A DNA stretch of 55,751 nt, filler included, from Sluysia triapertura (Eukaryota), in the NCBI GenBank assembly GCA_046118255.1. It is 4 parts of 4 records of this genome, joined end to end, with 100 filler letters (N's around TTAATTAATTAA, not from the genome) between each part and the next. Parts side by side here need not be neighbours in the genome. Positions count along the whole stretch, not along the records: positions 1 to 17,687 come from JBJNIA010185945.1; positions 17,788 to 31,506 come from JBJNIA010023289.1; 2 more parts are not named here. One strand, written 5' to 3'. Positions 14,329-25,760 of the stretch are shown here, one piece after another (the stretch's first letter is position 1; each line of letters opens with the position of its first letter). The notes beneath the pieces were generated by a model. It made no database searches. It saw nothing but the letters and a program-made list of their open reading frames with translations, and was not told where the DNA came from. The translations under genes were made by a program, and so were the position numbers.

Positions 14329-14489
14329 TGTTAGACTTCATAAAATGGACTGACCGGGGATCGAACCCGGGACCATCGTCTGCGCAGTCCGACTACTCTA
14401 CCACTGAGCTATCAGCCCCGTCTAACAATTTCATTTTCAATATATTCAATTATACTACTTGGCACTTTTTAGGCCTTTTAGCCCCAACA
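14329..14489 (-). mobile_element. 161-bp LTR-like unit (TGTTGGGG...GTCTAACA) containing a tRNA-like sequence; candidate TRIM LTR
   Basis: TG...CA ends are defined by the other two copies, whose identity stops at TGTTAGAC (31433) and CCCCAACA (43726). Followed on the minus strand by a PBS-like GTGTAGCAGTGTAATGG. Confidence 0.7.
14346..14418 (-). tRNA. tRNA-Ala-like pseudo-tRNA inside the mobile unit
   Basis: GGGCTGA/TCAGTCC acceptor stem with G3:U70 and A73, A box TAGCTCAGTGG, T arm CCGGG-TTCGATC-CCCGG, TTTT terminator. Anticodon arm does not pair canonically. Confidence 0.7.
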
Positions 14490-14829
14490 TATATATATAA
14501 ATCAGTGGGATCATTGTTAAAAGTAGATTGTTATTTTCTGTTCCTCTATTGCTGCTGCTATATTGATGTTGATTTATTGCTGTTGCTGCTGTTGTTGCCA
14601 GAATATTTATCTATCTGCAAAAGTCTGATACAACACGAGAATCACATTCATTCAATATATTTATTAACATACGCAATATCAGACCAACAAAAATAAATAA
14701 AGAAAATAAAATAAAGGAAGTCATTTGGAAACAGAAACAAAAATAAATAAATAAATAAATAATAATTGAATGGAAGAAATGGAACAAACAAATATTGGAT
14801 TAAATTATAAAAACGAAATTAATTATAAC

Positions 14830-15700
14830 CCTATCCTGGATATTGAAGTGCATGTTCCCTATAGGTATTATAGGATGATTCAATGGATAGTATAATGCAT
14901 TGTCGTGCCAAACTGGTCATGTTCGCTTTTCGGAAACCCAAAGATTTTAGTAAGATTACATTTTCGGGATCCCAGGAACCGAGGGCCCCACAAAAAAATT
15001 ATCGAGGAAAACTTGACAATTTAGCTGTTTTTGTAATTTTTCCTTAAGATATCTATATTTTTCCTCATTGAGAGTTCGGGCAGCTCTAAAGTTTTCATAT
15101 TTGTCAATGGGAGATTTGACATCTATGAGATCGAGCTGAGAGGAGTTTGTGCCCCGAGCCTGTATATCTGGCCGTCATGTATCGCCGATTATCGGTGTTT
15201 GATAATCTTTTTTGACAGAGAATCCCATGGATTTTAATTTGTCAACTAAACAATTCAGGATTTTATTATGTCTAACTGTGCTCCCAGTGACAGTATGGGA
15301 CAGAGACACAGAATGTGCGCTAGGGATTCTATTTCAAAACATGTAACAGGAATGCCTAATGTTCGAAGCATTATCATTGATTATATTATCAGCATTTGAA
15401 ATCACGATAATTTATGATTCTTTTCAATGTATATTTCAATGAGTTACTATCGGATGTACGTCTTTTGTAACAAAATAGAAGTAAATAAAACGCAGAGTTT
15501 GAAGATATTGTTCAGAATGATGTCAATGAAAATAGGAGAGGCTCTATTGGTGAACTAACTGTGATTTTATTATGATCAATCGTTATAGTTTATGTATGTA
15601 TTAATTATTCTATTTTAGGTCTTATAGAAATTGGTGAGGTTATAATGACTATGCAATATTTGTAGGTAAGTTTGATGAATCACTGGTACACCACAATTAT
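14830..15700 (-). mobile_element. 3' coding end of an RLE-type (NeSL/Utopia/R2-like) non-LTR retrotransposon, decayed
   Basis: TCFEIESLAHILCLC zinc knuckle, RHNKIL, RPDI, IDVKSP, NEEKY and VGALGSWDPEN across frameshifts. Confidence 0.85.
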
Positions 15701-17127
15701 TAGGTTTATTCCTTACAACCGTTGGCTCAATTTTCACATTTTTATTTATATTTGTATTGCTATTGTTGTCGAAATTAACATCAATTTTATTTTCAGTTTT
15801 GACTATACTAACATTTTCTTGAATATCACTTAAACTTATGATATTTGCAGGAATGTCTTTACTACAGATATTCTTAATAATGAATGTGCTAGGATTATTA
15901 GGTAAGAATTGTTGAAATCTCTCTAGTTAAACTTTTCTTTTGATTATTATTACTATTGCTTTTTGCTAATTATATTATGCTATGCTGAAATTATTTTATT
16001 TTCTCGTTTTTTCTGCTAATTTGTATATTTTAAGGTGAGTTTTCTATGATACAGGACTTACTCACTAAAGGGCCGGTACTTAGATTTTGTAGCGTCAAAA
16101 AGAGTATGAAGAAAGTTGGAGGTCAATAATGTATTGCTCGGTTTTTCTAATTTTCTTTGGAAATTATGCAAAACTTCCTAATTAATTACAATGATTATTC
16201 TAAATTCAATGAAAGATTCTTAAGTTAGTTTCTTAAGATATTTATTAAATAATAAAAAAATATCGATAGTATAATCAACTTTTGTAAAAACAATAAATCT
16301 TTTAATTAATCGTAAAAATACAATGTCGTTAAAAGCAGTATTAATAAAAAGAATTCAACAATGTGCAGGACGATTATTCAAATTGATTACAAAGAAAAAT
16401 CAAATATTTTGAAATTCAAAATGTAATAATTTATAATAACAATATTGAGATTATTATTATTAATCTAATAATAATTTTACATTGATTTAATTTATATTGG
16501 AAAAAATTATTTGCTATTTGCGTTAAAATTGTGTTATATTATTATTATATTTTATTAAAATATAATCTTTAATGAACTGATGGTATCTTTTGTTAAAGAA
16601 TTCAAATAATTCGTTTAATGAAATAAATCGTTGACTTCGTTTAATGAAATAAATCGTTGACTTGTAAAATTAACCACTGATTTCGTTTATAATGAATTAA
16701 CTAACTGACTAACTAACTAAAGTTCAATTTCAAAACTTTATAATTTAAAATTTTATAATCGACTAACTGGTTAAAGTTCAAACATTTTTCATCATTATTT
16801 ATAGCTTTTTTAAAATCTAAATTTAGTAGTTTTATTTTTAAGTTAATGATTTTCATAAATAAAACAATGATTTTAATTGGAATAATAATTTCATAATAAT
16901 AATTTATTAATTTTAATAAAATTTTCAAAAATAAAATCATATAATAATAATTTAATAATAATAATCACAAAAATACAATTTTAATAAAATTAAAAATTTT
17001 TACATTAAAATAAAAAATATATTACACAAAAATACTTTATAAAAATACTTTACACAATTAATATTATCATTTGTAAGTATTAATGCTATATCGTTATTTA
17101 ATATCTTGAACATGCGAGTTAAATATA

Positions 17128-17517
17128 TTAATTCATTATCTGTAATATTTTTCTGAATTTGTAACACATGTCTATTATATTTATATGAAAATATGAGAAG
17201 TAAATTGCTTTATAGTTTTTATTTCGCCAATAGTATCCTATTTCCTTAAGTAAACTTTTTGACTGTAAACAATGTAGTTTAGGAAAGTGTTCATTATCTT
17301 GTAAAAATTCTATAATTTCTTCACTCTTACTAATAGCATCATTAGCACTACATTTCAATACTGAATTTGTGAGTTCTTTATTAAATAATTCAGTAATAAT
17401 TTTAACATCATCAATATTATGAACATCCAGTTTAATATAATTTACTTCCTTTTCATTTTCTCTCCGATTATTACTCTCTGTTAATAATGTATAAAGATTA
17501 CGTACCAATTTTGTCAT
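17128..17517 (-). CDS. Hypothetical 129-aa ORF, no recognised motif
   Basis: Long ATG ORF for this AT content, same strand and upstream of the receptor exons; function unassigned. Confidence 0.3.
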   Translation of the reverse strand: MTKLVRNLYTLLTESNNRRENEKEVNYIKLDVHNIDDVKIITELFNKELTNSVLKCSANDAISKSEEIIEFLQDNEHFPKLHCLQSKSLLKEIGYYWRNKNYKAIYFSYFHINIIDMCYKFRKILQIMN

Positions 17518-17687
17518 ACTAAGGTTTCATTATTTCAATCTTGCTTTTGTAATTGTAGATTCAACACTTGCATTAGTTTTTCGTTAGATGAATCAACTTG
17601 GTTACATAATACTCGAGACACTAGACGTTTATCACGTTTTTGATTATTTGAGTTTCCAGAGTTCGATTATTATTAGTATATAAATTT

Positions 17688-17787
17688 NNNNNNNNNNNNN
17701 NNNNNNNNNNNNNNNNNNNNNNNNNNNNNNNTTAATTAATTAANNNNNNNNNNNNNNNNNNNNNNNNNNNNNNNNNNNNNNNNNNNN
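17688..17787. other. Assembly gap with artificial TTAATTAATTAA linker (also 31507-31606, 43550-43649; plain gap 4718-4846)
   Basis: Identical 100-nt N44-TTAATTAATTAA-N44 blocks; the linker gives stops in all six frames. Confidence 0.97.
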
Positions 17788-19527
17788 ATGTAATATAATG
17801 TAAATTTTAATTTTAATTTTTAATATAATTGTAAGGTAAATTTTCAACGTAAATGTATATAATTAATTAAATTAGAATAAATAACATACTTTAAAAATAG
17901 ATGTAGAAAATTAACATTATTATTATAATTAAGAAACATTATTAACATTATTATTATTAAAAAAATTATTACTAAAATATGATTATTATTACAGTACTTA
18001 TAATATGTATTCAGTTTAATATGTGTAGATAATTAGTCATTATCGTAAATTACACACTCATTATGTTTAACTATAAATAGCGTCATAATAAAGCATATTT
18101 TCTCAGAATTTATAAGTTTTTGAAGAATTTGTCAGAATTAATTGTTTTAAAATTTTTCAATTATTCGAATACGATTTTTGTATTTTTTCAACTATAATTA
18201 TCCGGTCAGAATACGTTATTCATAAACAATTATTTCGGTGCCGATTGTAGATACTAAATAATCGTTAGTATTTAAGCATTTAAGTTAATTTAGTCTTGTA
18301 ATAAAAGCTAATAGAATTTTTTATAATATTATTGTAAAATTTAAACTAATTACAATTATAAATTTCATTACAAAATATTATTGCAAAATAATATTTTAAA
18401 GTATAATTCCATTTTTCTAATCGTTGTTATAATTCATAGATAATTGTTATTATAAAAGTTTTAATAAGCTTGAAATATTTGTATTTATTGTCAAATGTTA
18501 TTAACCTTAATTTTATTTAAATTGTATTGTTAGAAACACTGAATTTTGTATTTAGATGAATGAACTTTGTATTAAAGTGAACTGTGTATGATTTTATAAC
18601 ATTATGCTTGAATTTTAATTTTTAATAATTTTATTTTCGAATATATGAATTTTATATTTGGATTTTTATTTTTTGGAAATATTTAAATTAAAGTAAGAAA
18701 TTATATATTATATTAATTGTTAATTAAAAAATTATATTAAACTAATGTAATAAATAAATTTTAATGTTTTGTTTTAATATGAAGGTCAGATTAAAAACAA
18801 ATATAAATAGATTGGAATTTTGTAAAATAACTCACAATTCCTTAACATAATTTTTGTTATTCATGGTCTACGGTTTCGGAACCAGTTTACTGTTGAATTC
18901 TAAATAAAACCTTTTTCACATTACGTTAGTTTAATTGTTATAAGTTAAGATATTAATAATAATATCAACGCAAAATCACACTTAAAATCTTTTCATTAAA
19001 TATTTAAATCTTATAATGGATCTCACGAAAAATCATTTACAAACTTATTTGATTGTTTAATTTTTAATCCTTATTGAGTTAAAAATACGTAAATTGATTT
19101 CATTGTAATATACGCTTTATTATTGTTTCATAATTGTTTTGTAATAAATTATTAAAATCGAGTTTTATTGTTCAATTTTTATAGTTGCAATTATAAAATC
19201 AATAGAAGAAAATGTTTTCAACAATTGGAATTTAAATCCAATTATGTAAAATCTTTTTAAGATTCCATTTCAAGGAATCTACTTAAATAACCCAACAATA
19301 TCATTATTAATTCTTGATAAAGTCTCATAAAATTTTTTAATATCAAAACTTACCTCCATACATTTTTAATTCGCAATTTAAAATATAAAATTAGCATCAC
19401 TAGCAAAAAAATTTTATTACAATATTAAAAACTTACTATTTTAAATTAGAATATTTAAGTAAAATTCATAATTTATATAGTTATGAAGATATAATCAAAA
19501 TAAAAACTATAAATCTATTTCTATTTG

Positions 19528-20293
19528 TTAAACTTCAATAAATGCATCTTTCAAGTCTCTTATCCATTGATTTTCTGTCGTTTTGTTAATATTAAATTGA
19601 GTAAAATCGCATTTACAGCAGCATCCACTGGGCATTCTTTGACAAACAAAATCCAATGGTTTAAATATTTTGTACAAAAAAGGATACCAAGATTTTTTGT
19701 AAATAGCATATAATGAAAAAGCAATTAAAACACTAATACATTGTACGGTAACTATGAATAAACCAACAACTTGAAATAATATCGGCGATTTCCATCCAGT
19801 AATTACAACCATGTATGGCTTCTAAACGACAAAAAAAATTTTATTTCAATTATCATAATGAAACTGTTAATTAAATAAAACTAAATAAAGCTGTAAATTT
19901 AACCATATTTTATTCATTTACATATTAATGAGCTTTATTTAGACATTGAATATATTAAAACTAACGATAAAATTATAATAAACAGTGAATTCCATAGGAA
20001 TACACATCAATTGAGCACAAAGTAAAAATAATATTTTTTTGTACTCTAATCTTATCGTATAAACCATCATTCCACTGGAAATTACAAAATTTACAATTAC
20101 TACAAATCCATAGGCCAATGCAAAACCTTCTTTACTATTTTCATGAACTCCTTCTGGAGTAAAAAGACTATTTATTGGAGTAAGACAAAAATAAAAAATA
20201 CTCTAAAAAATTATATTTTGCAAAAATTAATTATAAAACTACCCATAATAAATAATTAATAATTATAAAAAACTTTTCTGCCATCAAATACAT
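19528..20293 (-). CDS. Three-exon gene (20293-20243, 20202-19966, 19821-19528) for a ~193-aa four-TM protein with Cys-rich tail
   Basis: ATG start, two GT-AG phase-0 introns (40 and 144 nt), open to TAA. MYLMAEKFFIIINYLLW|SIFYFCL...GFALAYGFVVIVNFVISSGMMVY...ILFLLCAQLMCIPMEFTVYYNFI|KPYMVV...GCCCKC...FIEV*. Confidence 0.7.
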
Positions 20294-22469
20294 TTTGGAA
20301 TTTGAAAATTATAATTAATGAAAAAATTAATTTTAAACAAAAGTTTGTATCATAAATTTCCTCATAAAATTAATAAGGAAGTTTTGCATAAGTTATTTAA
20401 TTTTATATTTCGATATATTATGATATTCAAAAAAATTAAGTTTTTTAATTCCATGACAAATTTTTAAAATAATAAAAATGACTAGCATTCTTTTAATTTA
20501 ATTGGTTCATTTATTATCGTGTATGAAAATGAAAAATTAATAATAATGGAATTATTTTGGTTTGAAAATGTTTGACATGAGCAAAGTTCGGCAAAAATAA
20601 ATATATAATCTATTCGTGTAATCGATAGACTTAATTTTCATTTTTACGATTCATACATCATTGATGTTTTATCAAAAATAAAATTTATTATATTTATTAT
20701 TTTATTCAAGTGATTATTTTCTGATAGCTTAGGATTGTGATGATAATATAATCGATTAAGTTTAAAGATACCATAGCATCAGAAATAGATCCGCAGACTA
20801 AGAAAAAAAATTAGAGGTAAATTCTAAACATCTGGGAAAAATTGCCGATGCATTAAATATAAAACTACACTTTGAGTTAGGTTTGCGAGGGGCATTAAAT
20901 TGTGTAGTCTGATTTCCAGATATATCTTCTGATTATGAATCACCTTAATAGTTTTGACGACGTCCTAATTACCAATGAATGTATCAGCACATCTTTCATA
21001 TATGTCGTTACTTTCATATTTTGTGTTAATCTCACGCGTCGTACATCGAAAATTAAGTGCGAACTTAAAATTATATATTGGGTAATATGAGTTATTCCTT
21101 TTCCTGTCTATCTCTAGGTATATCGTTTAAAAAATAATGTTTCATAAGCATGGCTAAGGTTTATTTCACCATTATAATTATCAAATAGAATATCACAGGA
21201 ATTCATTTCATCCTAAACTCGATATTAATCTGAAAATGTTTGAGCTTAACTTGAATTGTTGCAAATATAAAAATGTCTAAATTCATATTTTGGTGTAGAG
21301 GGGAAGCGATGTACTCATTCGAAAATAAAATAAACATAAAATTCATTATGTTCGATTTCTCTATAAAAATCGACAATTATAATTTTAAGTAAATGGGTCC
21401 GTCTGTATATTGCGATTTAGGTCTAAAAGAGGACGCCATTACAGATACTAAAATAAATTAAAGCTTTCCTACAAAAATCGAAAGATCAACGAGCGGGTCA
21501 CTAATTTTCTTTTTAATCAATGGTATACAATCCTTTAATTTAATCTGCACTTTACTAGTTTTACTTTTCTACAAACTCCTAAAATTAATTTACTTAATCT
21601 ATGCAAATTTTAGTTTAGAGTTTTCCCCGAACTTACAATTATTAATGTGATAATATATTCTATGATAAACTCTTAATTATAAGCCTTACAATAAACTTCC
21701 TATCGTTATTATTATTTCAATATTTGTTCTTCTAAACTTAACGAAAGAAAAGTACACAAAGAAAACAAAATTTTATTAAAAAAATCTGGAATTAATATGG
21801 CAATATACAGCAATATAAAACAATAAAATAAACAGTTTAAAAATAAAGATTTTAGTCTTCATTTATTTTAAATTTTAAAATTAATTAAGCCAGGTATAAT
21901 ACTTGGCGTACATGAATGAAATTTTAAGTCAGATTTTAATACAGAAAATATTTTTGTATAAACTTAACAATTATCACCTTACGTTATTCCCAAAAGAATT
22001 TTTCGATTCCAAATTAATTAGAGGATTATTAGCTCCAAATCGATAACTCGTTTCTCAATCAATCAAATTAAATCTACTTCGTCTCAAAATCAAATTTATA
22101 ACCAAATCGAATTTGTAACTTCAACAAATGTCTTTTCTAACAGCAACTTTTTGTGCGCCCGACAAAAATAATTTCTTACCTTATATATGATTTCGATAAT
22201 GGATTTTTTATATATTTTTATTAATTATTTTATTGCTTTAAAACATAAAAACTAGATAAACTAGTATTTGTTGTGTGGTGTTTTGCTGGTTTATCAATGC
22301 GAAATTTTAACTGAAGAGGTTGAAACACCACATTTTTAATTTATTTTACAAATTTTCAGAAAGATCAACGAATATGGCAAAAATGTTAAAAGGATGTATA
22401 TACGCCCTGTTTCAAAGGTATAGAACAACACCTATTTTTGCTCTATATACAAACACAATTTATATTAAA

Positions 22470-23400
22470 ACAAATTAAAACGTCTTTCTTTTCATATTTA
22501 ATTCTTTAAAGTATGTACAAAATCTCATTGTTACGTCTTTCCTTTTAATTAATAAAACTGGTGATAAAAATGGAGTAAAGACCGGTCTTATTACTTCTAC
22601 TTTCTTCGTAGTATCAATTTGATCTTGCATTTCTTTTATTACGCAGCGTAATCCTACATGATTTATTTCTAATGACACTGTCTGTTAGAGATATTTCGTG
22701 TTTAATTATAATAGAATTATCAATATGTATGTGATCTTAGCAATTGCTCTTGAATATCTATAAATAACTTCATATAATTGTTCCTTTTGTTTTCCTGTGA
22801 GATTTTTATTTGTATTTTGTATTTCTCCATAATCTTCATAATCTGTTTCTCTTTTCAGTTCTATGGTATTACTTTTGGATTTGTTTGTAATTGTATTAAT
22901 ATGCGTTTGTTTTTACCTTATAATTAGTGCTCTTCTATAACAACTTCTCACCATTAGTATGATTTATTATTCGAATTGATGGCTTTCCTTAAAAATTTAA
23001 ATACCTGTCCCTCTACCTTTTTTTCTTGATTAATTTTTGATGTCGTAAACATAATATGGCCCTTTAACAAACTATTTATTCGTGCCATTATGATGTATTC
23101 ACTTCTATTTAATAATTATAAAGGTGCGTCATATTTTAAAATTCTGTTGGAGTAACTGGCCATCAGTCTTCCTTTATCATAATACAATATAACTCCTTTG
23201 AGTTGTGATAGAATATTCATTCCCAATATCATATCTTCAGAATAACTGCTCATCACTCTTAGCTTAACGTCGAACTTATTTTGTCCTAACTCTCAATGCG
23301 CTTACATTTATTGCATTTCGAGTAACTTCTGCTAGGTGATCTGCAAGACATTTTCTTTCATCATTAATATAAATAATTAAGTTTTAAAATGTGGTTGTAA
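22470..23400 (-). mobile_element. Second diverged Gypsy protease to RT-N fragment in tandem
   Basis: DMILGMNILSQLK parallels EMIMRTDILSQLK of the first copy; SPVLLIKRKDVTMRFCTYFKELN. Confidence 0.8.
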
Positions 23401-23599
23401 ATATTTTAATTAAAAGGATTTTAATTATCTCATAAAATAGGGTTCTTTTTCTAAATATTAGAATGTTTTATTCAATATTAGTAAAAGTTACCTACTCTTA
23501 AAATATTTTATAGACTGATTTTAATTTTTTCATCAAGTCTTTTATTAGTCTGATCCATATCTAAAGTTCTTCGATCTGAAATCGTTCAAACATGTACTC

Positions 23600-24720
23600 T
23601 TAATGCCTGTTTAAAGTTGCGGGGGCACCTGTTAATCCGAATGGAATTTTCCCCCATTCATATAATTCATCTACGCATGTAAATGCAGTTTTGTGCTTGT
23701 CTTTATCGGCGATTTCTATTTGCCAATAACCATTTTGCAAATCGAGAATTGTGAAGTAAGTAGCATTCCCTAATTTATCTAATATTTCATCTATTCGTTA
23801 TCCTATTTAACTCCCTAAAAGCTCTGCAAAATCTCATTATACCATCTTTCTTTTTAACCAATAAACTGGAGATGAAAATGGAGAGAAGATAGGTCTTATC
23901 ACTCCAGCTTTCTTGCATTTCCTTTTGGTTACATATAGGTATCCTATATGGTTTTTTACGAATTACTTTATCTATTATTAATGGTACCTCATGTTTAATT
24001 ATCACTGAGTCCCCAATATCATATTTATTTTTAGCTATAGCTCTCAGATTAAGATAAATAACATTATATAACTGATCTATTTGTTTCTTCGTTAGATTTT
24101 CATTAGTTATTTCCATTTCTCCGTAATCCTCATCTTGTATTTCACGCTATAATTTTATATTATTCTTATTTTTGTTTTATGTCTTATTTTTATCTTCCAT
24201 TATAATATTAATATGTGCAGATATCTTATACTTGAAGATTTTTCCTAATTTGGTACCAGTATAAAGCCATTGGTATAATTTGTATAATTTATAATGCGGG
24301 CAAATATTTTTCATTCCTATATCTAACTTTTCTTGATTAGTCACTGATGCAACAAACATATTACTGCCAGTTAATAAACTGTTTGTTTTAGCTGGAATTA
24401 TATATTCACTTCTACTTAATAATCAAAAGCACTTTTTGATCGTCTATCCATCAATCTTACATGGTCAAAATCTAATGTAATTACTTTTAATTGTGACAAT
24501 ATATCCGTTCTCATTATCATTTCCTCAGATCATTTCTTCAAGATTCTTAATTTAATTTCTAATTTATTTTGTCATACTTCACTATAGCTTTCATTTGTGT
24601 CACCTGTAACTCCAGAAAATTCCTTGGTTAAGAAAGTTTCATTAATCACATAGACCACCGCTTTTGTGTCTATTAATGCTGAGACCATTCTATCATTTAT
24701 TCTTATATTTACCATTGGTC
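23600..24720 (-). mobile_element. Ty3/Gypsy pol remnant: aspartic protease and N-terminal RT
   Basis: RPMVNIRIN..VSALIDTKA (degenerate DTG), KKPYRIP, LVKKKDGIMRFC, LDKLGNATYFTILDLQNGYWQI..DKHKTAF..PFGLTGAPAT. Truncated before YxDD. Confidence 0.93.
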
Positions 24721-24968
24721 TTTATTAGCCATTGTAGTTGTTATTTGCACATATCATGTACACTACATGTTGGAGTGATAGGATATATTCTTTTTTTCTG
24801 ATTTTCTCTTGTTTTTTGATTTTCTGTAAATTTTTGATTTTGATTTTTGATTCCTCACTTTTATTATTCTGTAGTGACTGTAGAGTTACGTTTTTCATTT
24901 ATTGTCTTTCTTCTGTTCGTTGTCTCTCTTTTTCTTCATGCATTTATTTGTGCATTTGCATGATGATG

Positions 24969-25760
24969 TTAGAGATATTGCGCTAAAAATGGAGAGCATC
25001 CAATTATTAATCTCCACGTTAATCCTGAAACTTTATAAATTCCGATTACCGAAAGCACTTGAGAAATAATCAACGCTATTACTTTAATTAATATATAAAT
25101 TCCTTTTAATCCAAAAAATGCTTGTCCCAATATTAGAAATTTTCTTCATTTTTGTTTTAACTTATCTTATGCGCCCTTTTAAAGTGATCCGGTCCCACTA
25201 GTAATTCGAAGTTTACTTGTCCATTCTTTTCAAATATTGCTTTGCCTACAATTTCTGTTAATATTTTTGATCTTCTTATTGGGAATAATATTTCTCGCCA
25301 AGCTGCTTGAATGTAATTGTTTGCATAAATACCTGAATTAGATATATTTTTGTAGCCAAAAATTAAAATTTCCCTTTCAGTTCAGTTAATCCTATAATTT
25401 CCGTAGTTTTCACTTGACTCCTATGTGGTAACGATATCCACAAATTATCATCTATTCTATATTCCGGTGCCATGATATTTGAGGAATGCATTAATTTTAG
25501 TTTGACTTTGTTCGGAAAAATTACTCTGGTTACCGGTTCAAGGTATGTTTCTATTTGCCATAAATATAGGTAATTCATTTTTGCATTCTGTAGTTGATCT
25601 TAATTGTACAATACTTCTTCCATTACTCGACCAAAAGCTAATTCTTCTAATGTAAGTAATGGTGCGACTAAATCCGGGATGGTAATGACCACTGCTAATT
25701 TTGTCCGTAAAAATTTCCTTATTTAATTGACAATTACGTGTAACCATAATTTGGTAAATC
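24969..25760 (-). pseudogene. C-terminal half of the same envelope glycoprotein including TM anchor
   Basis: IYQIMVTRNCQL, TTECKNELPI, YLEPVTRVI, APEYRIDDNLWISLP, SGIYA, then hydrophobic GIYILIKVIALIISQVLSVIGIYKVSGLTWRLIIG. Confidence 0.72.

Noticed and set aside
14346-14418. Functional tRNA with novel anticodon or genetic-code change
   Set aside because: Anticodon stem is mispaired and the cassette is embedded in a dispersed repeat. In-frame stops nearby occur only in frameshifted pseudogenes.
17732-17743. Repeated TTAATTAATTAA palindrome between N runs
   Set aside because: Scaffolding linker, identical at three gaps; not biological.
19240-19362. ATGTATGGAG|gtaagt as first exon of the receptor gene
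   Set aside because: The best nearby splice product stops after ~21 codons, and a linker gap separates it from the receptor exons.
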